From positions 7,298,248-7,322,247 of the forward strand of contig NZ_CP013949.1 in assembly GCF_000296215.2 (NCBI RefSeq): a DNA stretch of 24,000 nt. The letters run 5' to 3'. Every line of letters begins with the position of its first letter. Positions within the stretch are counted from its first letter, which is position 1. The DNA is from Bradyrhizobium sp. CCGE-LA001 (GTDB lineage Bacteria; Pseudomonadota; Alphaproteobacteria; Rhizobiales; Xanthobacteraceae). A program made the translations under genes and the position numbers. This document shows, one piece after another, positions 1-9,300 of the stretch. Below the pieces are notes generated by a model, which made no database searches, was not told the origin of the DNA, and was given only the letters and a program-made list of their open reading frames with translations.

Positions 1-16
1 CGGTGTCGCCGGTCAT
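1..16 (-). CDS. First 5 codons (MTGDT...) of a minus-strand gene that continues leftward out of the window
   Basis: The reverse complement of 1-30 reads GGAGGA-acac-ATG ACC GGC GAC ACC. This is a strong Shine-Dalgarno just upstream of an ATG at 16..14, about 67 nt downstream of the GntR-type gene stop. The gene is truncated by the window edge, so there is no ORF-track support. Confidence 0.3.
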
Positions 17-83
17 GTGTTCCTCCGTCTAACGTCTTTGTTTGCGGGATTTCTTGATCGAAATCTTGCGTCTTGTTTTTGCG

Positions 84-863
84 CTATCTGCGCCGGGCCG
101 CCTGGGCGTGCTCCATGTACATGTGCTCGACCGAGCGATCGAGCGAGGCGATCTTCTCGAAGCCGCGCCGCCAGTCCTGCAAGTGCCGGCGCGTCCACAG
201 CACGCCGGCCTCGCGGTCGCGGCGGCGGATCGCATCGATCAGATGGCGGTGCGCCGCGACGAGGCGCGGGCCACCTTCGGCAACGCCGCTCACGATCATC
301 TCGGTGGTCGGATAGAACAATTGCGCGGCCGGCTCGCGCGCGAGCTGGAGCACACGGTTCTGCGAGGCTTTTGCGACCAGCACGTGGAATTCGGCGTCGC
401 ATTCGGCGAGCATCGCGGGATCGCCGACCACCGCCTCGCTACGCGCGAGATTGGCCGCGAGCTCGGCGATGTTTTCCTCCGTCGCGCGCTCCACCGCGCC
501 TTCGATGCTCGCGACTTCGAGCGTCATCGAGGCCTCGTAGAGCTCGCGAAAGGTGACCTCATGCAGGACCAGGGCGCGGCTGAGCCGGCTCGCCAGCTTG
601 CTGTAGCGCGGCAGGCAGGCATGCAGTCGGCGTGAAGAATCGCGGCGGATCAGACCGCCTTCCTCCAGCACGCGGATGCCCTCGCGGATGGTCGAGCGGT
701 TGACGCCGAACTGGCGGACGAGATCGTGCTCGGTGCCGATGGGGTCGCCCGGCTTGATGCGGCCATTGACGATCTCGCGTTCGATGGCGTCGGCGACCTT
801 CTGATAGGCCGGCGCGACATCGATCGGACGAAACAGCGGCGCGACAGGCAAGACGGCCTCCAA
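84..863 (-). CDS. GntR-family transcriptional regulator, FadR-like subfamily (N-terminal winged HTH plus C-terminal all-helical FCD-type ligand domain)
   Basis: 259-aa ORF. The N-terminus PAYQKVADAIEREIVNGRIKPGDPIGTEHDLVRQFGVNRSTIREGIRVLEEGGLI is a textbook GntR wHTH. The remainder (EASMTLEVASIEGAVERATEENIAELAANL...FHVLVAKASQNRVL...HRHLIDAIRRRD) matches the FCD helical bundle pattern. The start is TTG at 863; no in-frame ATG lies nearby. Confidence 0.85.
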   Translation of the reverse strand: MEAVLPVAPLFRPIDVAPAYQKVADAIEREIVNGRIKPGDPIGTEHDLVRQFGVNRSTIREGIRVLEEGGLIRRDSSRRLHACLPRYSKLASRLSRALVLHEVTFRELYEASMTLEVASIEGAVERATEENIAELAANLARSEAVVGDPAMLAECDAEFHVLVAKASQNRVLQLAREPAAQLFYPTTEMIVSGVAEGGPRLVAAHRHLIDAIRRRDREAGVLWTRRHLQDWRRGFEKIASLDRSVEHMYMEHAQAARRR

Positions 864-869
864 TGTCGA

Positions 870-881
870 TTGTCGGACAAA
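870..881. promoter_or_regulatory. Operator-like 12-mer TTGTCGGACAAA (copy 1), inverted TTGT/ACAA half-sites
   Basis: An exact copy of the same 12-mer lies at 969-980. The GT-N-AC palindromic core is typical of GntR-family operators. This copy sits 7 nt upstream of the regulator's own TTG start. Confidence 0.4.
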
Positions 882-968
882 CTATATTGGGTCGCCAAGG
901 GTGCGTCAAACTACATCACGCAAGCTGCATCCTGGATAAATTGACTCCGCGGATAGCTGCTTCTAACT

Positions 969-980
969 TTGTCGGACAAA
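969..980. promoter_or_regulatory. Operator-like 12-mer TTGTCGGACAAA (copy 2)
   Basis: Identical to 870-881 and 99 bp away. It lies 37-48 nt upstream of the binding-protein ATG at 1017, inside the divergent intergenic region. Confidence 0.4.
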
Positions 981-1016
981 GGGACAGGATAGTCCCATGC
1001 AAGAGGAAACGTACTT

Positions 1017-2222
1017 ATGAGACCTATCGCGACACTCATGTCTGCGGCCGGCCTGCTGTCGGCTGCCCTGATCTCTCCCGTCTTCGCCCAGCAGGCACCG
1101 CTCAAGATCGGCGTGCTCTCCGATTTCTCCTCCGTCTATTCCGACATCGGCGGCATGGGGAATGTTGAGGCCACGAAAATGGCGATCGAGGATTTCGGCG
1201 GGCAGATGTTCGGCAAGCCGATCGACATGATCAGTGCCGACGTGCTCAACAAGCCCGATGTCGCCTCCACCATCGCGCGCAAATGGTGGGAGACCGAGGG
1301 CGTCGACATGATCATCGACCTTCCGACCTCGGCGACCGCGCTCGCGGTGATGGAGCTGTCGAAGCAGTACGAGAAGATCATGATCGTGACGGATGCGGCG
1401 AGCTCCGACATCACCGGAAAATCCTGCTCGCCCTACACCGCGCATTGGACCTACGACACCTACTCTAATGCGCAGACTGTCGGCAGCGCCATCGTCAAGA
1501 ATGGCGGCGATAGCTGGTATTTCCTCACCGCGGACTACGTGTTCGGCCATTCCATCGAGCGCGACACCGGCGACGTGGTGAAGAAGGCGGGCGGCAAGGT
1601 GCTCGGCAGCGTCAAGCATCCGCTCAATACGGCCGACTTCTCGTCGTTCCTGCTCCAGGCCCAGGCTTCCAAGGCCAAGATCATCGGGCTCGCCAATGGC
1701 GGCGGCGACACCATCAACGCGATAAAGCAGGCCGGCGAGTTCGGCATCGTCGCCGGCGGCCAGAACCTCGCCGCGATCGTGATGTTCATCTCCGACGTGC
1801 ACAGCCTGGGCCTCAAGCTTGCGCAAGGGCTGATCGTCACCGAAGCCTATTACTGGGACCTCAACGACAGGACCCGCGCCTTCGGCAAGCGCTTCATGGA
1901 GCGGGTCAAGCGGATGCCCACGATGAACCAGGCCGCGACCTACAGTGCAACGCTGCATTATCTCAAAGCCGTGCAGGCCGCCGGCACCAAGGACACCAAG
2001 ACCGTGATGGCCAAGATGCGCGAGCTGCCGGTGCGCGATGCCTTCACCGACAATGGCGTCCTGCGTGAGGACGGCCGCATGGTGCACAGCATGTACCTGT
2101 TCCAGGTGAAGAAGCCGGAGGAGTCGAAAGGACCGTGGGATTATTACAAGCTGCTCGCGGAAGTACCCGGCGACCAGGCGTTCCGCCCGCTGAAGGACGG
2201 CGGCTGTCCGCTGGTGAAGTGA
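1017..2222 (+). CDS. ABC-transporter periplasmic substrate-binding protein, type-I PBP (branched-chain amino acid / amide binding, LivK-like family)
   Basis: 401-aa ORF. AGAGGAAA lies 9 nt before the ATG. The signal peptide is MRPIATLMSAAGLLSAALISPVFA-QQ. The mature start APLKIGVLSDFSSVYSDIGG and blocks such as WYFLTADYVFGHS and KIIGLANGGGDTINAIKQAGEFG are typical of the Leu/Ile/Val-binding-protein fold family. No permease or ATPase genes are adjacent in the window. Confidence 0.85.
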   Translation: MRPIATLMSAAGLLSAALISPVFAQQAPLKIGVLSDFSSVYSDIGGMGNVEATKMAIEDFGGQMFGKPIDMISADVLNKPDVASTIARKWWETEGVDMIIDLPTSATALAVMELSKQYEKIMIVTDAASSDITGKSCSPYTAHWTYDTYSNAQTVGSAIVKNGGDSWYFLTADYVFGHSIERDTGDVVKKAGGKVLGSVKHPLNTADFSSFLLQAQASKAKIIGLANGGGDTINAIKQAGEFGIVAGGQNLAAIVMFISDVHSLGLKLAQGLIVTEAYYWDLNDRTRAFGKRFMERVKRMPTMNQAATYSATLHYLKAVQAAGTKDTKTVMAKMRELPVRDAFTDNGVLREDGRMVHSMYLFQVKKPEESKGPWDYYKLLAEVPGDQAFRPLKDGGCPLVK

Positions 2223-2229
2223 GGCTCAC

Positions 2230-2258
2230 AGGCGCGCGCGGCACGGCCGCGCGCGCCT
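2230..2258. terminator. GC-rich perfect hairpin between convergent genes (possible bidirectional terminator)
   Basis: AGGCGCGCGCGGC (2230-2242) and GCCGCGCGCGCCT (2246-2258) are exact reverse complements (13 bp). The hairpin lies between the stop of the + strand gene (2222) and the stop of the - strand gene (2293). There is no clear U-tract, so the assignment is tentative. Confidence 0.4.
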
Positions 2259-2292
2259 GAACTGCCCGCAGCCGAGTGGCTCCAGCCGACCG

Positions 2293-5200
2293 TCAGGTCA
2301 CCTCGTCACCGCTCGCGAGCATCTCGTTCAGCATCGCCTCGGCCTTGTGCTGAAGCGGCCGCGCGCCGTTTTCGGAGGCGATCGCGATGGCGGCACGCAG
2401 GGAAGCGCGGATGGCCGCCTTGCTTTCGGCATCGGAGGGCGGCGTCACCACGGCTTCGCCGAACAGGGCCTCGGCCTCGAGGCCCGAAAACCCCTGCTGC
2501 CGCGCCGTATTGCGGGCCTCGCGCAGCATGTTCTGAGCGGCCCTGACGTCGCCGGACCGGTGGGCGGCCAGCGCCAGATAGATCGAGCTGCGCAGCACCG
2601 CCGAGGTATATCCGACCGCCTTGGCCTCTTCGCGCGCCTCCGTCAGCATGCCCCGCGCCCGGTCGAACAGTCCCTGCTCCAGATAGGCGATGCCGAGATG
2701 GCAGGCGAGCACCGGCACGAACAGGCGGATGCCGTGCTTCTGCGCGAGCACGAACCCGTCTTCGAGGATGGACGCAGCGGCGGCCGGATTGTTCTGCCCG
2801 AGCTTCAGCCAGCCGCCACTATAGGCGGCGGCGACGCGGTCATAGGGACGGCCGGTCTCCTCCGCGATCGCGGCGGCCTGTTGCTGGAGCCCCTCGGCCG
2901 CATCGAGCTCACCCATGACGGTGTGGGTGAAGCTCTTCATCATGCAGCAGAGCAGCAGCAGATAGCTCGGCGTCGTCCCGATCGGAGCGCGGGCTTGCGG
3001 ACCCGCCAGCTGGGTGCGCGCCAGCGCCAATGTCCGTTCGGCTTCGGGGTAGCGGCCGGCGAGGAAATAGGCCTGCCCGAGACCGTACCGGGCTAGATTG
3101 AGCCAACCCGGATTGTCCCATTCCTGAGCGAGGCGGACCACCTCTTCCGAGACAGCGACGGCTTCGACCGGCGCTCCGTAGAAGTTTTGCGCGCCGGCTC
3201 GAACCGTCATCGCGGCGACCTTGCGTCCGATATCGTCGATCCCATCCGCCCGCCGTTCGGCATCCATTCCAAGGTCGAGCCACTCGGCGACCTGGCCGGA
3301 CGCGATGAACGCCGCGCGGGCCTCCATCCGCAGATCGATGGCATCGGCCTCCCGCGAAGGCGTCATCGGCGTCTTGTCGAGCGAGCCCATCGCAATCTCG
3401 AAATAGCTGGCCGCGTCGGAAAACGCCGACCGGCTCAGGCATTTTCGCCCTGCGCTCTTGCCGTGACTGAACGCCTTGTACCAATCGCGGGCCCGCACGG
3501 CGTGATAGCACAGCGTATCGGGTTGATCCGCGCCTGCTCCATCGCCCTCCAGCCTCGCAAGAATGCGCGCGTGGATGGCTTCGCGCACCTTCTCGACCAT
3601 CGAGTCATAGGTCACCTGGCGGACCATCTCGTGCCGAAACTCGAGCACATCGTCCAGTTCGCTGTCGATCCTCACCAGCAGCTCGGCGCGATCGAGCGCC
3701 GCAAGGCAATCCTGAAGGACGCTTTCGGGCAGCTCGGCGAGGTCTCGCAGCGTGGCGACGCTCGATCGCCGTCCCAGCGCTGCCGCGATCTGCAGGATGG
3801 CGCGCTCCTGGCGCGACACGCGATCGAGGCGCGCCGCGATCACGCCCTGGATGCTCGAGGGAATGCCCAGCTCGTCGATCGGACGCATCAGCGCGAGATC
3901 GCCCCACTGGCCGTGGAGCGTTCCGCTGTCCCGCAAACCCCGGCACACCTCCTCGATGAACAGAGGGACATTTGCCGTGTGCGAGATGATGCGATTCTTC
4001 AGATCGTCGTTGGCCGCGGAGGGTCCGAGCATGTCGGCGAGCATGGCTAGCCCCGAGTCGTGGTCGAGCGGTTGCATCGCGACGACCTCGGCATGGCAGC
4101 GCGCAATCCACACCGGCATGCCGTTGGGCCTGGAGGTGAGGAGGACGAGAAGACCTGGAGCCTGAAGCGACGCTATCGTGGCCATGACCGCATCGCTGGC
4201 CCGATCGATCCAGTGCAGATCCTCGAGCAGAAGGATGGTTCGTTGACGACGCGCGATGCTCTCGATGACGGCGCAGCTTGCATCGGAGATCGCGCGTCCC
4301 CGGGCGTGAGGCTCGAGCTGGGACCAGCGAGGATTCGTCGTCGGCAGATCGAGCACCGCGTCGAGGGCGCATTGCGCAATCTCTCCGAGATCCTTCCGCG
4401 GATCCGACGGGCTGTCGGAATCCTTTGCGGCGGCCTCCAGGGCGGACAGCAGAACACGCTTGAGGGTGCTGAACGGGGCCCCCTTGAGGTTCGGGCTGCA
4501 CTCGGCGTTGATCAGGCGCCAACCACGGGATCTGAGCTCCTGGACGAATTCGTGCGCGAGCCGCGATTTGCCGATGCCCGCGTCGCCGAGCAGCAGGACC
4601 GTCCGCCGGCCCGTTCTGGCGCTCTCGACGGCACGGGCCAGCAATGCCCGCTCCGTCGTACGATCGACGAACCGCGAGACGCTGCGGGCACGCCGCACCC
4701 GCCAGCTCGACAAATCGCTCGCCCCCACGATGCGGTAGACCGGCACGGCCTGATTGAAGCCGCGCAGCGGCTTGCCGCCGAGATACTCGAATCGGACATG
4801 CCCTTCGGCAAGCTCCTGGCACGCTTTCGACACGTAAATCTGATTCGCCTCCGCCGCAGATTCCAGGCGGGCGGCCAGATGCTGGGCGGCACCGCCGATT
4901 TCGTAGACCTTGGAAAACTCGCTGGAGACCATGTAGGCGACGACATGACCCGAGTGCAGACCAACCCGGACCTGAAGCCCGGGATCGCCCAAGCCGACGA
5001 CACGCCGGACCAATTCGATGGCCGCATGGCAGGCCAGGGGGGCATGATTGTCGTCCGCGATCGGAGCGCCGAACACCGCAGAAACGCCGTCGCCCAGCTC
5101 CTTGCTGACGATGCCTCCGAACTGACGCACCGCGCCTCTCATAGCGGCCAGCGCCGGCTCCAGGCGCGAGACCGCCTCCTCCGGATCGAGATCGGCGACA

Positions 5201-5346
5201 AGTCCGGTGGAATCGACGACGTCGGCACGGAGAATCGTCACGAACCGGCGTTCGTTGTCCGGCTCGGAACGGCGCACGGCCACCCCGCAATTGGAGCACC
5301 AGCTATCGCCTGGGTCGATCGCCGACTGACACGCGACACACTGCAT
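2293..5346 (-). CDS. Multidomain signalling protein: N-terminal zinc-ribbon, class III adenylate/guanylate cyclase domain, AAA/STAND-type P-loop ATPase, C-terminal TPR-like helical repeats
   Basis: Large ORF; the track gives 2293..5412 with a TTG start. I prefer the ATG at 5346, which gives MQCVACQSAIDPGDSWCSNCG (a CxxC...CxxC ribbon) at the very N-terminus. The cyclase core is RRFVTILRADVVDSTGL...SKELGDGVSAVFGAP...VRVGLHSGHVV. The Walker A motif is LLLGDAGIGKSRLAHEF, with Walker-B-like ILLLEDLHWID. The C-terminal third has repeated A/L/G-rich helical pairs (YFLAGRYPEAERTL, GIAYLEQGLFDRARGML) typical of TPR. Confidence 0.85.
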   Translation of the reverse strand: MQCVACQSAIDPGDSWCSNCGVAVRRSEPDNERRFVTILRADVVDSTGLVADLDPEEAVSRLEPALAAMRGAVRQFGGIVSKELGDGVSAVFGAPIADDNHAPLACHAAIELVRRVVGLGDPGLQVRVGLHSGHVVAYMVSSEFSKVYEIGGAAQHLAARLESAAEANQIYVSKACQELAEGHVRFEYLGGKPLRGFNQAVPVYRIVGASDLSSWRVRRARSVSRFVDRTTERALLARAVESARTGRRTVLLLGDAGIGKSRLAHEFVQELRSRGWRLINAECSPNLKGAPFSTLKRVLLSALEAAAKDSDSPSDPRKDLGEIAQCALDAVLDLPTTNPRWSQLEPHARGRAISDASCAVIESIARRQRTILLLEDLHWIDRASDAVMATIASLQAPGLLVLLTSRPNGMPVWIARCHAEVVAMQPLDHDSGLAMLADMLGPSAANDDLKNRIISHTANVPLFIEEVCRGLRDSGTLHGQWGDLALMRPIDELGIPSSIQGVIAARLDRVSRQERAILQIAAALGRRSSVATLRDLAELPESVLQDCLAALDRAELLVRIDSELDDVLEFRHEMVRQVTYDSMVEKVREAIHARILARLEGDGAGADQPDTLCYHAVRARDWYKAFSHGKSAGRKCLSRSAFSDAASYFEIAMGSLDKTPMTPSREADAIDLRMEARAAFIASGQVAEWLDLGMDAERRADGIDDIGRKVAAMTVRAGAQNFYGAPVEAVAVSEEVVRLAQEWDNPGWLNLARYGLGQAYFLAGRYPEAERTLALARTQLAGPQARAPIGTTPSYLLLLCCMMKSFTHTVMGELDAAEGLQQQAAAIAEETGRPYDRVAAAYSGGWLKLGQNNPAAAASILEDGFVLAQKHGIRLFVPVLACHLGIAYLEQGLFDRARGMLTEAREEAKAVGYTSAVLRSSIYLALAAHRSGDVRAAQNMLREARNTARQQGFSGLEAEALFGEAVVTPPSDAESKAAIRASLRAAIAIASENGARPLQHKAEAMLNEMLASGDEVT

Positions 5347-5634
5347 TTCCGTGCCTTCAAAAGCTGCAGCGCCGTCGCTTGTCGACCGGCGCTCGCAAGG
5401 AGCCCGGCGCAAGATTACCCATCGAAAGAGTCATGGCAATCGAACTTGCACGCCGTACGGCGCCATCACCGATCCGCAGCTCTCTGGACGAAGCACAATT
5501 TCGAGTGATAGCAATTGCACGCGCGAAATATGGGGCCGCGCGTTCTAGGGGCGCCGCGGCTTTTCTTCTGGCCGACGAGCTTTGCTGGGCTGCACGTCAC
5601 CCCGATTGATTAGAACATATCGAAGGGCAAGGCG

Positions 5635-6126
5635 ATGGGCGGCAAGACATATAGCGGCAAGGCGTTCAGGGATTTGATGAACTGCAATTACTACCCCCTG
5701 GCGAACATGAAGAGGAGCGTGGCCAAGCTCAAAGCGTCGGACGACATCGATCTGCCGACCCTTGAATATGGCCAGTACCACCTGATCCTGACGCCGCCAT
5801 CGAAATGGCCGCAGGGAAGTGCCAAGTACTGGCACAAGGAGAAGGGCCGGGCTCGCCTCGACCTCAGCACCCAACCGAACACGGTCCCCCTATCGCGGGA
5901 CGAGCCCGGCGTGATCCCCCTGACGCGATGCGACCTGCTCGATGCCTGCGTCCGGAAGTGCTTCAACTCCGAGCCGCCGATCCCGATGAAGACCAACATC
6001 ATCGTCCATGCGCCGAACGACGCCTATGCCCACCGGCACGAGATCCGGCTGGAATGGGAATACAAGAAGGGCTCGGACAAGCCGACACTGCTCCATCTGA
6101 CGATGGTCTGTCCGCACAGATCGTGA
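5635..6126 (+). CDS. Hypothetical protein (163 aa), no recognisable domain
   Basis: The ORF has strong G/C bias at third codon positions and a balanced, K/D/E-containing composition, unlike the Arg/Pro/Gly-rich shadow ORFs around it. AAGG lies about 5 nt before the ATG. No motif was recognised. Confidence 0.55.
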   Translation: MGGKTYSGKAFRDLMNCNYYPLANMKRSVAKLKASDDIDLPTLEYGQYHLILTPPSKWPQGSAKYWHKEKGRARLDLSTQPNTVPLSRDEPGVIPLTRCDLLDACVRKCFNSEPPIPMKTNIIVHAPNDAYAHRHEIRLEWEYKKGSDKPTLLHLTMVCPHRS

Positions 6127-6303
6127 TTAGAAGCGTTCTGGCTTGTGCGGACATCATCGTCGCACGCGGGTGATATGCCGGGACTGTGGCGGGCCGCCGG
6201 TGTCCACCTCCCGTCACCGACCCGTCGCATGAAGATGATCCGGTTCGGGGGCGGACGGGAAGGCGATCAGGGAGTTTTGAGGGAGCCCCGTCCCGGAGCA
6301 GTG

Positions 6304-6334
6304 ATCCGGAAAAATGCAATGCACTTTTCCGGAT
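6304..6334. terminator. Hairpin between convergent genes (possible terminator of the poly-barrel OMP gene)
   Basis: ATCCGGAAAA (6304-6313) and TTTTCCGGAT (6325-6334) are exact reverse complements (10 bp) separated by an 11-nt loop. The hairpin lies 28 nt beyond the OMP stop codon (6362-6364) on the minus strand. A/T runs form part of the stem rather than a separate U-tract. Confidence 0.35.
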
Positions 6335-6361
6335 GATGATTCATCCCGCTCTCGTCGCACC

Positions 6362-9300
6362 TTAGTCGCAATAGCAGAACGCGTAGACTGCGCCGATCTT
6401 GGCAATGTGGAGGTCTGCGCTGGTCTTTCGCGACGTGCTGTCCGCGTTGGCCCTGAGAATGGTCGTGGCGCCCTGGATCTGCGTGCTCGAGCTGGTGCGC
6501 GTCTCGGCGCGGTCGATGTCGAAATGCAGGTAGCGATATTCGCCGCGCAGCGACCATCGCTGGGTCAGCTTGAACTCGCCGCCCGCGCCAGCCGTATAGC
6601 CCGCCACCCACTTGCCGTTGGGCCCGTTGACGCCGCCGGGGTCGGGAAAGGTGAAATGGCCGAGCGCCAAGCCGCCGACACCGTAGAGCATCAGCTTCGG
6701 GGTGACGAGATAGCCGGCCCGGCCGAACACGCCGACGTTCGAGCGCAATTGCTCACTGGCCTGCATCGCCGTCGGATTGACACTCGTGGTCACGACACCG
6801 TTGAGAACTTGACGGGTATTGCTCGTCTGCTCGCCGTTCATCTTGAAGGCAACATCCGAGAAGAGCGTGCCTTCGATCTGACCGCCGGCCACGATATTGC
6901 CGGCTCGCCAGTTGTAGCCTGCGAACAGATCGACCATCGAGCCCGTGGTGTCGCCGGCGGCACTGCCCCGGGTCGTCGTATTGCCGACGAAATCAGTCGT
7001 CTGCACCGCACCGTTGAAATTCTGCTGGGCAGAGTCGGCAGTCGAGGCCAGGATCTGTCGGGCACGGCCCGCGCCGGCAGCGAAATAGGCGCCGAGATAG
7101 GGGCCTGCCCAATGGTCGCTGGGGGCGCCAGGCAGCGCCGCCATGGCTGATCGCGGTCCTCCTTCACCGAACCTATAGACCATGCCGATCTTTCCGGTGT
7201 GGAAGTCGGCGTTGATCTGGCGAGTGGTGCTGTCGGTGGAGAGAGAGGTGCTGGAAGATCCGGTCGATTGCGTGCTCGATGCGAAGTTGCTGCCTTCGTT
7301 GCGGCCAAAGCCGTAGTGCGTATAGCGATATTCGCCGCGCAGCGACCAGTTGCCTGTCAGCTTCACCTCGCCGCCGGCGCCCAACGTGTAGCCGGCCACC
7401 CACTTGCCGTTGGCGCCGCCGCTGCTGAAGTCCCCGTCAGCGTAAGTGAAATGTCCCAGCGCCAGGCCACCGAGGCCGTAGAGCAGCACGTTCGGCGTCA
7501 CCAGATATCCGGCCCGGCCGATGACGCCGACGTTCGAACGCAGTTGCTGCTGGGTCCGGTTGCCGGCCGTTTGCGAGCCTGAAGACGTCGAGGTGACGGC
7601 TCCGTTCGAGGTGTCAACCGAGGTGAATGTGTGAGGGCCGATGGTCTTGAACGTCACGTCGGAAAAGACCGAGCCTTCGATCTGCCCGCCGGCCACGACA
7701 CTTCCGGCGCGCCAATTGTAGCCGGCGAAGAGATCGACCATCGAACCCGTCACGTCGCCGACGGGACGGCCGTTCGTCGATTGGGTGCTGGTGGACGTCG
7801 TGGTCCCGACGATGGTGATCGTGCTGGTGCTGGTGTTGTTCGTCGCGATGGTTTCCGCGGCACGTCCGGCGCCGGCACCGAAATAGGCGCCGATATAAGG
7901 TCCCGCCCAGCCGTCGTTCCAGGCCGGGCTCGGCAGTGCCGCCATCGCCGACCGCGTTCCTGACGCGCCGAATTGATAAACCAGTCCGATCTTGCCGACG
8001 TGGAAATCGGCGTCGATATGCCGCCCGTTGACGGTGCTGTTGGTGGACGTGGTGGTGCCGCCACCTGACACGGATGTCTGCGAGCTGCCCGTCGGCTCGT
8101 TGCCGTCATATCCGAAATGCATGTAGCGGTATTCACCGCGCAGCGACCAGCTGTCCGTCAGCTTGACCTCGCCGCCCGCGCCCGCGACGTAACCAGCCAC
8201 CCATTTGCCGTTCTTGCCGCCGACGCGGACTTCCGAGTCGGGATAGCCGTCGGGATAGGTCAGATGCCCCAGCGCGAGGCCGCCCAGGCCATACAGCAGT
8301 ACACTCGGCGTCACCAGATAACCGGCCCGGCCGATCACGCCGACGTTCGAGCGCAACTGCTGCCGGTCCTCGATCCTGTTCGTCCCTGAGCTTGTCGAGG
8401 TGACGACGCCGTTGTTGGTCGAAACCGAGCTGTATGCCTCGTTGCCGACCGTCTTCGTGGTGACGTCGCTGAACAAGGTGCCTTCGATCTGCCCGCCGGC
8501 CACGACATTGCCGGTTCGCCAGTTGTAGCCGGCGAACAAATCGACCATCGAACCGGTCATATCGCCGGCGAGATTGCCGAATCCCGATTGCGTGAACGCC
8601 GACGTCCCGCCGACAGTGCTGACACTGCCTTCGTCGTCGATTCTCGTGGAGGTCTGTCTTGCGCGCCCGGCGCCGGCACCGAAGTAAGCACCAATATAGG
8701 GTCCGGCCCAGCTGTCACCCCAGGCGCTAGCGAATGAAGCCCCGCGTCCCGCCGGCGGTATCGCCGCCATCGCGGACAGCGGTCCGGAATCACCGAATTG
8801 GTACACCAGACCGATCTTTGCCAGGTGGAAATCGGCATTCGTCCGTGTCGAGGAAGATTCGCTGCTGGTCGAGACAAACGTGGTTGCGCCCGTCGCCGAG
8901 CTGGCCGTTGAGTTGGTGGCTGCGCTCCTGTTGAAGCCGAAATTCAGGTACCGGTATTCGCCGCGCAGCGACCAATTTCCGGTCAGCTTCAACTCGCCGC
9001 CGGCGCCGACCGTGTAGCCGGCCACCCATTTGTTGTTGCCGCCACCGAAAGGATCGGCGCTGTCGGCAAAGGTGAAGTGACCGAGCTCGAGGCCGCCGAG
9101 GCCATACAGCAGCAGGTCCGGACGCGCGAGAAAACCGAGCCGGCCGATCAGCCCGACTCGCGAGCGCAGCTGCTGGTTGCTCTGCACGGTCGCCGAGCCG
9201 GCAGTCGTCGAGGTCACCACACCGAGCAGCACGTTGGTGCTGACACTGTTGAACGTCTGGTTGCCGAACGGCTTCAACGCGACATCGGAAAAGACCGTGC

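Noticed and set aside
42-635. 197-aa and 179-aa + strand ORFs overlapping the GntR regulator gene
   Set aside because: They are shadow frames of the minus-strand gene, which has an unmistakable GntR wHTH.
963-2087. 374-aa ORF antisense to the periplasmic binding-protein gene
   Set aside because: It is a His/Gly/Asp/Arg-rich mirror-frame product without motifs. The + strand frame has a signal peptide, an RBS and clear PBP family blocks.
3605-5508. Long alternative-frame and antisense ORFs inside the cyclase gene: 3605..5299 (-, 564 aa), 4060..5508 (+, 482 aa), 3187..4050 (+), 2347..3096 (+), 2909..3511 (-)
   Set aside because: Their translations are dominated by Arg/Pro/Gly/Ala runs with no motifs. 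This is typical of shadow ORFs in ~65-70% GC DNA. The 2293..5412 frame carries coherent cyclase, P-loop and TPR motifs.
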